A DNA stretch of 64,000 nucleotides from positions 25,916,001-25,980,000 of the forward strand of contig NW_027361672.1 of assembly GCF_039654945.1 (NCBI RefSeq), given 5' to 3'. The notes beneath the pieces are model-generated. The model saw only the letters and a list, made by a program, of their open reading frames with translations. It was not told where the DNA came from and made no database searches. A program made the position numbers and the translations under genes. Shown piece by piece: positions 40,704 to 51,599 of the stretch. Source of the stretch: Dendrobates tinctorius. Lineage: Eukaryota. How positions within the stretch are numbered: the first letter of the stretch is position 1; each line of letters starts with the position of its first letter.

Positions 40704-42288
40704 CAGCTCTGGCAAAAATTAATAGACCACTGGACAGTTTTATAAAAATCAGCTTCTTTACATGTCTGACAGCCATTTCATTCCAGTAACAGTTGAATTC
40801 CAAGCAGAGTACACCTCATTCTACTTAATGTGCTTCTTATTAGGTGATCACCTGAACCAAATCTTATTTAATGAAGGAAAGTATAAAAACCCCTGCTGTG
40901 GTGTTCACAATCCTCTTGCAACAGGACAAGCTGGATGGCAAAACAAGTCCTAATAATATCCCAAAAGTAATAGGAATGAAAAAATAACTTAAGCATGCCA
41001 ATGGAGTCGAAAACAAAAGTCTTGAATGAGGAAAAGAAGGGCTCAATTCTGGATTTACTAGCAGAGGGATGCAGTGAGTGCCATGTTGCCTCCATCCTTA
41101 AAATTTCTAAGACGGCAGTCCATTACAACAAGGTCAAGCAGCAGGCATTGGGGACAACGAAGCTACAGACCGGCAGAGAGTGAAAACAACTCTCCACTGA
41201 CCGGGATGCCTGTCATGTTATCCGAATGTCACTCAGCAACCACAGGATGACATTAAGTGACCTACAAAAGGAAAGGTAAATGGCAGCTGGGGTGAAGTGC
41301 ACGGCAATAACAGTTCGTAACAGGCTCCTAGAGGCAGGGCTCAAGTCATGTAAAGATAGAAAAAAGTCTTTCATCAATGAGATACAAATGAGAGCCAGGC
41401 TGATGTTTGCCAAAGACCTTAAGGATTGGATCATAGAGGACTGGAGTAAGGTAATCTTCTCTGATGAGTCTAATTTTCAGCTTTGTCCAACACCTGGTTG
41501 TCTAATGGTTAGATGGAGACCTGGAGAGGCATACAAGCCACAGTGTCTTGCATCCACTGTGAAATTTGGTGGAGGATCAGTGATGATCTGGGGATGCTTC
41601 GGCAAGGCTGGAGTTGGACAGGTTATTCTTTGGGAAGGATGTATGAATCAAGCTGCATACAAGGTTATCCTGGAAAAAACAGTTGATTCCTTCTGCTCAG
41701 GCAATGTTCCCCAACTCTGAGGACTGTTTTTTTCCAGCAGGACAATGCACCATGCGAAACAGCTAGGTCAATCAATATGTGGATGAAGGACCACCACATC
41801 AAATCCCTGTCATGGCCAGCCCAATCTCCAGACCTGAACCCCATTGAAAACCTCTGGAATGTAATCAAGAAGAAGACGGATAGTCACAAGCCATCAAACA
41901 AAGAACTGCTTAAATTTTTGTACCAGGAGTGGCATAAGGTCACCCAAAACAGTGTGAGAGACTGGTGGAAGGCATGCCAAGACGTATGAATGCTGTAATT
42001 AAAAATCATGGTTATTCCACAAAATATTGATTTCTGAACTCTTACTTAGATAAAACAATAGTATTGTTGTTTCTAAATGATTATGAGCTTGTTTTCTTAG
42101 CATTATTTGAGGCCTGCAAGCACTGCAATTTTTTGTTATTTTGACCATTTCTCATTTTCTGAAAATAAATACAAAATTTAATGCTTGGAAATTCGAAGAC
42201 ATGCCAGTAGTTTATAGAATAAAAGTGCAATTTACATTTTACTTAAAAATCTAATATATAAAGCTCAAAGTGTGTATGTATGTGTATA

Positions 42289-42358
<70 letters not shown>

Positions 42359-43685
42359 GATAGGCATCCGCACCGTCGCAGCTACAGCCACAAAATTTGG
42401 CACAGGCACACGTCTGGACCCCGAGAGCGTCCTAAGCTATGTTGTGAGGCGAAATTTTAACCCCGCGCTTTCCAATTCACCAATTTTGCCCCTATCTACA
42501 TACTGGGGGAAAAAGTGTGTGCGCGTCAAGCCCCGCCCCTCATTGTGATGTCACAATGCCCCTATTTGCATACTGGGGAAGCAGTGTGTGTGTATCAAGT
42601 CCCGCCCCTCATTATGATGTCACAATGGTTGCCATGGTGACGCTGATGTCATCAAAGGTTGCAAGCCCTGCCGCCGCTTATTATGATGTCATAATGGTTG
42701 ACTATGGAATGGAGGATGTGTGATGAGTATATGGGCACCGGACTATGGGATGGAGGAAATGTATGATGGGTATATGGGAACGGGACTATGGGATGGAGGA
42801 TATGTATGATGGGTATATGGGAATGGGACTATGGGATGGAGGATGTGTGATGGGTATATGGGCACTGGACTATGGGATGGAGGATATGTATGACGGGTAT
42901 ATGGGCACGGGACTATGGGATGGCGGATATGTATATGGGCACGGGACTAAGGGATGGAGGATGTGTGATGGGTATATGGGCACTGGACTATGGGATAGAG
43001 GATATGTTTGACGGGTATATGGGCACGGGACTATGGGATGGCGGATATGTATATGGGCACGGGACTATGGGATGGAGGATGTGTGATGGGTATATGGGCA
43101 CTGGACTATAGGATGGAGGATACGTATGACGGGTATATGGGCACGGGACTATGAGATGGCGGATATGTATGATGGGTATATGGGCACGGGACTATGGGAT
43201 GGAGGATATGTATGATGGGTATATGGGCATGGGACTATGAGATGAAGGATGTGTGATGGGTATATGGGCACTCGACTATGGGATGGCGAATATGTATGAT
43301 GGGTATATGGGTATGGGACTATGGGATGGAGAATATGTATGATGGGTATATGGGCATGGGACTATGGGATGGAGAATATGTATGATGGGTATATGGGCAT
43401 GGGACTATGGGATGGAGGATGTGTGATGGGTATATGGGCACTCGACTATGGGATGGAGGATATGTATGATGGGTATATGGGCACGGGCCTATGGGATCGT
43501 GGATATGTATGATGGGTATATGGGCACGGGACTATGGGATGGAGGATAATTATAATTTTCTATAACTAACCACAGTTAGTTACTATGCCCGGGCAGCGCC
43601 GGGCTCTTCAGCTAGTATACCTATAAAGAGAAAAATCAGACAAACTGAAAATTTTGCAGTGGTCTCTTAATTTTTGCCAGAGTTG
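40704..43685 (+). mobile_element. Tc1 transposon with both TIRs; transposase pseudogene 40996-41988
   Basis: TA|cagctctggcaaaaattaa...ttaatttttgccagagttg|TA. FSDES, KFGGGSVMIWGCF, QQDNAP, WPAQSPDLNPIENLW. Stops at 41181 and 41278; frameshift at about 41680. Confidence 0.92.
42250..43615 (+). mobile_element. Non-autonomous Helitron, copy 2, inside the Tc1 right TIR
   Basis: A|TC...gcccgggcagcgccgggc...CTAG|T. Near-identical to 16618-18046, with a (TG)n tract and the 43-bp array at about 42695-43548. Confidence 0.9.
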
Positions 43686-43830
43686 TATAAGAGATCACAG
43701 CACAGTTACAGATAATGATTTACCGCTGACGTTCTTTCTGATGGAGTTGTTCACTATTCACATCTTTTCTATCTGGCCCAGACCAACAAAACAACTTCTT
43801 CCAGCCAGGACTCGGCTGCAGAGTACAGCA

Positions 43831-44135
43831 AATGAGAAAATGGAAACGGTCTTAGGAGCGCAGGAAAGAGACTCAGACAAGAGATGGGGTTAAACCACAA
43901 CGCGTTTCGACGGAGAATCCGTCTTCATCAGGTGGATGAAGATGGATTCTCCATCGAAACGCATTGTGGTTTAACCCCATCTCTTGTCTGAGTCTCTTTC
44001 CTGCGCTCCTAAGACCGTTTCCATTTTCTCATTGCTCCTATCCTCCATTGGAGGTTTTCGGCTGGAGCTGCGGTGGAGACCTGACATTTTTGTCTGCCCC
44101 TGGGTTGCTTCCTAAGCGCTCCTCTATGACTCTTA
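43831..44135. mobile_element. Short Penelope-type insert with inverted 5' segment
   Basis: 99-bp inverted arms 43831-43929 and 43935-44033. 16-bp duplication tgcagagtaca(g/a)caaa at 43817-32 and 44136-51. Confidence 0.8.
43895..43935 (-). ncRNA. Minimal type-I hammerhead ribozyme, intact core
   Basis: ccac CTGATGA a gacgga-ttc-tccgtc GAAACGCGTT gtgg; predicted cleavage after GUU (between 43899 and 43898). Confidence 0.85.
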
Positions 44136-45148
44136 TGCAGAGTACAACAAAGACACATATGACTTCTCACATTTTCAGCACTGTCATTAATGGGACTATT
44201 CCCAACCTGCACAAACTCCTCATCCTGCTGATACCCCAATGTGGAGCCGCTGCTGTCGTATGTGTCCCTATTACTGCACCTACTGTGTGGTACTATGTGC
44301 CCTCTAAATTCTAAAACAACTCTCTAGAATATACTAATGCTGGGTCCAAGTGCCTTAGAAAACAGTGCCCACATTTTGTCCCCTAAAAGGTAATATTGCC
44401 CTGTGTGTGCCCCTTTGACAGTCACAGTAACTTGAATTCCCCTATAACAATAAGTGCCCACTTTACACTTAATAATGTCCAGAGTCTCCCCTGTACACAG
44501 TATGATGCTCTCTTTTACACAGCATAATTCACCCTCACTGTTTATATACTGTCTCCTTAATATCCCCCAAACTGTTTAATGGCTCCAACACTGTATGATG
44601 GCCCCATCACTGTAATCTCCACACTGTATTAAGGACACCTAGATGGCCTGCATATAGCATAATAAACCAGATAGTCCTCAATATAGTATAATGCACTCTC
44701 CATAGGCAGACTATATTGTATAATGCACTCCCCATAGACAGACTGTATATAGTATAAAGCACTCCCCATAGGTCTCTGTATAGTATAATGCAATCCCCAT
44801 AGACAGACTCTATATTGTATAATGCACTTCCCATAGGCCTCCATATAGTATAATGCACTCCAAATAGGTCTCCATATAGTATACTGCACTCCCCATAGGC
44901 ATACTCTATAGTATAATGTACTCCCATAGGCAGACTCTATAGTATAATGCACTTCCCATAGGAAGACTATATAGTATAATGCAGCCACCATAGGCAGACT
45001 CTATAGTGTAATGCAGCCCCTAAAATTATGTGCCCCCATAGGCAGACTCGTATAATGCAGCCCATAATATAATGCACCCCCATAGGCAGCCTATATAGCA
45101 TAATGCAGCCCCATAGGCTGCCTCTATAGTGTAATGCAGCCCCATAGG

Positions 45149-45954
45149 TGTTAACTTCACAGCTCTCGGCTGAAGGAGTGCTCTTATACGGTCACAGGAC
45201 TTTGCCCCAGAGACAAGGGCTAGAGTCCCTCTAGACCACGGGTGCTTGGCACCGCAACCTCGGAGCCAGCTAGGAGTTCTATGAAATTAGCGCACAAGTG
45301 TGCACAGAGCCTCTCTGGTGCAAGCCACCAATCACCCAGGATTGTGCTCAACTTGCACACGGTGCTTCACTGGCAAGAGCTGAGACTTGGCGCGGTACGA
45401 AAGTGCCACGTACAGGATGGCACAGTCGGACGCTAGACAATGCCACTAATAGGCACCGACTCTAACCCAGAACTCTGCAACATAGGAATCATAAGGGAAC
45501 TCTGCAACAAGGGAATCATAATAAGTCAGTCGCAAACATATGCATCCATCATCTCACACACACACTAAAAAGTCTATACTAGCGCACGGCCGTGCGGCCG
45601 TGCGATCCTTTTATAAATGCAGCCTTCCGGGACCTTCCAGCTAGTCCAATCCAAGCAGCAACAGGACCTGAGCATGTGACCCCCGGCCTCCAATGAGCGG
45701 ACAACCCCCGGGCATGCTCAGTAGCCTGAAAGAAGGTCTTAGTCCCAGGAGCTGCTTTCTGTTGACCAGTGCACACTGCTATCGCTGACCCTGAGATGGC
45801 AGCAGCAACTGAACCGACAGCACTGGCCTGATCAAGACGCTGGGAACGACGTTTTTGCTGAGCAGCCTCCTCTGTGGCCGGGACTGAATGGGAGACCGCA
45901 GAAGGCAAGGCTCGGGATTCCTCCTGTGCAGAGGCAGAAACCCGAAGCCTAACA
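45149..45954 (-). mobile_element. Gypsy solo LTR, related to 59910-60566
   Basis: tgtta...cctaaca termini, flanks atagg/ttagg. Shares tagagtccctctagaccac and the terminal ~250 bp with the 59910 LTR. TATAAAA on minus at 45615-45609. Confidence 0.8.
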
Positions 45955-46491
45955 TTAGGCAGCCTATATAGTGTAATGCACCCCTACAGGCAACCTTTTT
46001 AGCATAATGTACTCCCATAGGCAGCCTCTATGGTATAATTCAGCTCCTATAGAATATTATAACCCCATAAAATAAATACTTATCTCTCTTCCTCCTGGTT
46101 CCTGCGCTGCTTCGAGCTCCCTCTCATCGAGACCACTGTCAGTGTCGGTGTCGGTGTCAATGACGTCAGAAGCTGACAGGGGGCTGATGGGAGAGGAAGC
46201 AAAATCCTCCTTCTCTCATCAATGCGGTCAGCTGTATCGGCATCCAGCCGATACAGTTGAACCTGCGATGATTGGCAGGGGGCCCATTGCTGGCCTCACC
46301 CCCTGCCTGCTCAGGGGCCCATAGCAGCAAGGTGGCAGAGCAGGGAGATCAATTCCCCGTGCTCTGCCTCAGAATGTAACTGTATCGGCGCGATGTGCAT
46401 GCTGATACAGTTACAGTAACGTAGCTCCGAGTATTGTTCTGAACATAAGAACTTACTCATGACAGGAGAGATAGACTTATGCAGTGACTAT

Positions 46492-46746
46492 TATTTATTT
46501 ATTTATTTTACTCATTTATATAGCGCCCTTAATTCCACAGCGCTTTAAAGACATTTTTGGAACTGTCCCCATTAGGGCTCACAATCTAGATTCTCTATCA
46601 GTATGTCTTTGGAGTGTGGGAGGAAACCCATGCAAACACGGGGAGAACATAAAAACTCCTTGCAGATGTTGTCCTTGGTGGGATTTGAGCCCAGGACCCC
46701 AGTGCTGCAAGGCTGTAGTGCTAGCCACTGAGCCATCCTGCTGCCC
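46492..46746 (-). mobile_element. tRNA-derived SINE with L2-like tail
   Basis: A box tggctcagtgg, B box ggctcaaatcc, (taaa)n tail, TSD tgactat. Partial copies at about 35010-35170 and 53040-53260 (+). Confidence 0.85.
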
Positions 46747-47409
46747 TGACTATAAAGATGAAAAAAAACATACAGTGAGTTCTCCACTGGGAACCATTGA
46801 TCTGTGATGGCCCAGGTACTTACCACCACAGTAAAAGTTATAATAACCCATAGTTGCAGGGAAAGCCAACCACGCAAAAAGACTGCTTCAGCAGTATGGG
46901 AAATAGTGCCAAAAAGAGTTTTAGGGGTATTTTTGCAAACAACAAATCAAATCTCAAAATGTCCAAATTTAGATTAAACAATGAATTTTGAGAAATTTGA
47001 CTAATACTCAATCTTTTGCAGATCAGTCCATTCATCTCCAAGAACTACCCAAACAGTCCTATCCTATCACACTCCAAAATCAAGCAAAAGAAAGAAAGGG
47101 AGGAAAGACTATCAAAACATTCCTATCTATTTGCACTCTAAAATCAAGCAATCACCATAGGAACAAAAGAAAAAAAGAGAAAAAAGACAGAAGATAAAAA
47201 CCATACTAAAATCTTGGAATAAAATAGCCTCAAAAGAACAATAACAAGTATAAATGCAATAATCAAGTAAAAGTGGAAATTAGCATATCAAAGAAACAGG
47301 GAAAAGCTATTATTTTCTCTGGGCATATTGGGTATATTGGAACAACACAAAAAGATATGAGGAAAAAGGCAAATTGGATATTTTTTTACACCAAACCTCA
47401 AAACTGGGT

Positions 47410-48955
47410 TGGACAAAATTTTTGTCATCTTTACAAAATTGTGGGTAAACAACTTTGTTTCAAGCATGCTATGCTCATACAAACTCACCTGTGGAAAGTA
47501 ACAGGTGTGGGAAATATGAAAATCACACCTGAAACCAGATGAAAAGGAGAGAAGTTGACTCAGTCTTTTCATTGAGTGTCTGTGTGAGTCACGCTAAGCA
47601 TATAGAACAGAAAAGGAGAAGAGAACTGTCTGAGGACTTAAGAACCAAAACTGTTAAAAAATATCAACAATCTCAAGGTTACAAGTCCATCTCCAGAGAT
47701 CTTGCTGTTCCTTTGTACATGGTGAGCAGCATAATCCTGACAAAGCTGCTCTTGGCAAAACACGCGTCGAGGCTGCTGAGTGAGACCCCTATAGGGGCAC
47801 CTACCTTTTTTGCCAGCACCATGACCTCAGGTAAAATTCCCCCCTTCTTTTGAAGGGATGTTTAGAAATTTTGTTCAGGTTACCACTTTAAAAATATAAA
47901 AAATATGAATAGATTGATTGCCTGTGATTGCCTGTAATAAATCTTTGTGGTAATCATATTACCATTTTTACCTGATTATCTATCTACTGACCTTATAGTC
48001 CTGATATATGTAGATCCATATAAGATAAACATTGGTGTTTGAGGTTCTCTTATATATGGTATTGGTTGATTCTTATTTAGAACTATGTATTGCTAATATC
48101 TGCCATATTGCACAGTTTTCTTACCTTTTGAACCTCAGCAAGTGGGTGCTCCGTATTAGCAAATCCCAGTTTTTCTTGTGATGATGTTTCATACTGTGTA
48201 CCTATTCTCACAAAACTACTGTCATGATTTATTATCATATACATTGTTAGTATTTTATCAATAAATTTTGTACTATTGACTAATACTCTTCTATAGTGAC
48301 CTTATTCCTATGTAGTTATATCTAATTCTTAGATTAAGTGTTCACATTTTGGTTGTATAGCATAATCACCAAGTTTACAACCCAAACCTTTGAAGCTAAT
48401 CTCCCTGGATATAGACAGCAAAGAAAATTGATGAAAGGTTGCAACACAGGGTAGTCCGGATGGTGGAAAAGCAGTATCAGTGCAAACTATCCATCAGCAT
48501 TTGTATGAAATGAAACACTAAGGCTGGATATCCAGGATGACACCACTGCTGACACAGAGACATAAAAAAGCTAGACTGCAGTTTGCCAAAATGTATGTAA
48601 ATAAGCCCAAATCCTTCTGGGACAGCGTTTGTGGAAAGGTGAGACTAAAAGAGAGCGATTTTGCAAAGAATATCATTTTACTGTTTACCGAAACAGAATG
48701 AGGCCTACAAAAAAGCAACACAGTACTTACAGCCAAATATGGTGGAGAATAGTACAAGGCATCATGAAATGTGAACATTGCCAGAGGATTTTTGGTCGCA
48801 ATGTAGTGCCCAGTGGTAGAAAGCTGTGTTTGCATCCTGGGTCATGGGTCTTCCAGCAGGATAATGATCCCAAACATACATCAAGAAGCACCCAGAAATG
48901 AATAGAAACAAAGAGCTGGAGATTTCAGAAGTGGCCAGCAATATGTCTGGATCTA
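47410..48955 (+). mobile_element. Tc1 remnant interrupted by a PLE-type insert
   Basis: [33 protein letters not shown]. Confidence 0.8.
47737..48358 (+). mobile_element. Penelope-type pLTR insert starting at a degenerate hammerhead
   Basis: TSD agcataatc at 47728-36 and 48359-67. Begins ctgacaaag-ctgc...gca-aaacacgcgtc gagg. Confidence 0.65.
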
Positions 48956-50490
48956 GATTTTTTTTTTGCTAGATATGTAATTGTTGGATCAGTAGGAAGA
49001 TATTGACATAAAACGCTATCAAGAGATAGAACATTTCAATATTTATTCAAGTATATATTCACTTCAAACCAATGGGAGTTTTAAGATGTAATACATTTCC
49101 CATTGTTTGGTGAGTCACACACCTTCCTTGTAGAATGAGTAAATCAAAATGCTCTGTACAAAAAACTGTACTGTTAAATTATCATTTTGTTCTTCAAAGG
49201 TTTCATAGTTTGAACAGAGTTTCCTCATTCTAAGAATTTGTTCAAGAACATGAGCTGTATTATCTGACATCAATTCTCTAGGCTGAAAAACCTTAAAATG
49301 GCTGCTGGCTTCCCTGCTTCAGTTTTTATAATGGCTCTAATTTTCGCTCTTGATTGCCTGTGCTATACTATGCTGAAAGGCACTGTGGTGAAGCCACATG
49401 GTCAGGCCTGAGGTCATTTCAGTTTTCTGTGGCTTATACACTCTTCGACAATGTAATGGACTCAGGCATTTTTGGGGGGCTATTTGCACTAATCAAATCA
49501 CAAATTGTTAGAATTTGCCAGGACTTGCAAATAACATAAATTTGTAAGCAAAATTGATTTGCATCAAATCGATTTATTCTCTACCAATAATTAATTCAAC
49601 TACAGCCACTCTGACATATGCCACTTTTAAAGTCGTTACTTATATTATCACTTATCAGTATAATTTGCTACCAAGTACAGAGTTACACATAATTTATATA
49701 TAACTATTTATTATTCTTATGATTTTTTTTTATATTTGCAAAGTAATCTAAATTGGGTCATATAAGATATCATAGGTTTACAGCATATAAAGGGCCTTCT
49801 TAACGTTATGCTATTTACACCTAAGGCCAGTGCACTTTGGTTTTCATCATTTACTCTGCTGATAATATAAGAGATTGAGGAACTGCCAACAGACACAATC
49901 AACCATTGTTCATAGTTTGCTAATCTGAATGATGGAACAAAGCACATTAGTCAAACTTTGATCCTTGTTAAAAAAAAATCTATTTTTTCCTCTGAAACTG
50001 GAGAGTGATGTTGGCTTTCTGAACTATGTGATTTCTAGACAAGCCCCAATCCTTCAGTTTGTGACATTTCAGTGCTTCCATGACAACAAGTGACATGCAT
50101 TGTGCATGTGAGTTTACAAGCAGTGTCAGCTTTCTTTTAACGCAAATGTTAAAATTAATTCCTTAATCTTTAACTGCTTGACTACCATGTGTTACAGCAA
50201 TAGGCCTTGCAATAATCTATACCAATTAATCAGACTGTGAAAGCTGTCCATGAAGAAAGGGGCACATAAACAAAGCAACTTGTTTCTAACAGTGTTCATA
50301 TTCTAAATGCTATTAAATAACATTTTCTTACATTTTCCAGATATAATGTCAAGAAAAAATAATTATTGGTGCTAACTGAAATTGCACTGCTGAATTATAA
50401 TAAAGAGAATATAGAAAAAGTAGTAAATGGGGAACTCACTACATAAAAGTTTATTTATATGGGGCTTCAAAGCAAACATGGAAACTTGAT

Positions 50491-50527
50491 AATAGATGTT
50501 TCGCATGAAAATCATGCTTCCTCTGAA
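50491..50527 (-). ncRNA. Degenerate hammerhead-like motif
   Basis: Minus strand: CAGAGGA a gcatga-ttt-tcatgc GAAACATCTA. Stem II perfect, core mutated, stem I lost. Confidence 0.4.
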
Positions 50528-51097
50528 CACCACCATAGAAAATCTACTACTATCAACTATATAAACTCACATATAAGGGCATTACCTTAGTGTGAATTGT
50601 GTGCAATATCAGATACATGTTTTCTACATATCATTGGAATATACTGTAATAAAGCACTATTAGTCAAAAACAGCTGAAGATGTTCCTGCATCTCCCCAGA
50701 TTGTTGTCCTCATAACCTGTTACCTAGAAAAATAATGAAATTGTAGTCATTGTAAGAATTTCCCTCAACTAAAAAAGCCAATCTACAAAATGTACAGCAC
50801 AGTCATACTGTTAGAGTTTGACAATAACAATCTTGTACATTTTCATAGATTGCGTTATGACTTTTAGACACCAATCTTCTGGCATCTAATATGGTAAGGT
50901 CCTGTATTCTTCAGATTATGGACTGATGTGATAAACTTTTTGTCTATTGATGTATTTGCTCCTGTATCATTAAACGTGGGAAGCTTGTCTTCTTGCACTA
51001 TTCAATGAATTCCCATAGCAGAAACAATGAGGCTGATTCATTAAGGTGCTGTACACATTGGTCTTAAATGAAGGTGCATGCAGGAATAAGAGAGTAA

Positions 51098-51492
51098 AGG
51101 CCCCTTTACATTTAGTGATGCACCAGCGATCCGACCAGCGATCCGACCCGGTCAGGATCGCTGGTGCATCGCTAAATGATCGCTAGTGAGCTGTCACACA
51201 GGCAGGCCTCACAGCGATGCAGCAGCGACGCAGCGCACGATACTCACCTTTCACACACAGCGATCCTGACGTCCTCCCGCCCGCGTCCACGCGTCGCTCT
51301 TCGGCGCCAGCAGGAAGCCCAGCAGGAAGCGGCCGACGAGAAATGGACCTGGACATTCTCACGCGATCAGCGATAGACAGCGGGGGAGCCGGTCGGAGGT
51401 AAGTATCACACATAGCGATATCGCTAGCGGTATCGCTATAACGTCACAAAATCGGTGACATTATAGCAATATCGCTATGTGTAAAACCCCCT
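51098..51492. mobile_element. Harbinger-type MITE (gcgat/atcgc family)
   Basis: TSD TAA; paralog of 20433-20827. Confidence 0.75.
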
Positions 51493-51599
51493 TAAGATGC
51501 ACCAAATTCATTAAGAGGTGCACACCACTAAATTAATTAGGCACATCTTACCACTCGCGTGGGTCTCTGCAAGAGATGTACTCCAGTCTCTGAACTACA

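Larger units (their letters stand above)
40478..46430. mobile_element. Large non-autonomous element hosting Tc1, Helitron, Penelope insert and solo LTR
   Basis: Starts aggtgtagctaggg and resumes across each insertion. Internal ~32-bp minisatellite (tataatgcactccccataggcagactctatag) at 44680-45148 and 45955-46060. Boundaries approximate. Confidence 0.5.

Noticed and set aside
42745-43512. G/M/Y/D/W-rich ORFs resembling structural proteins (also 16975-17205)
   Set aside because: The 43-bp unit is not a multiple of 3 and stops are frequent; this is Helitron satellite.
43935-43960. Apparent compensatory change in hammerhead stem II (gacgg/ccgtc to gatgg/ccatc)
   Set aside because: Both changes are CpG transitions, explainable by methylation decay rather than selection.
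46660-46746. tRNA gene
   Set aside because: A and B boxes belong to a SINE head with tail and TSD; no full cloverleaf.
50849-50899. AG...GTAAG-bounded micro-exon candidate
   Set aside because: Stops in all three frames.
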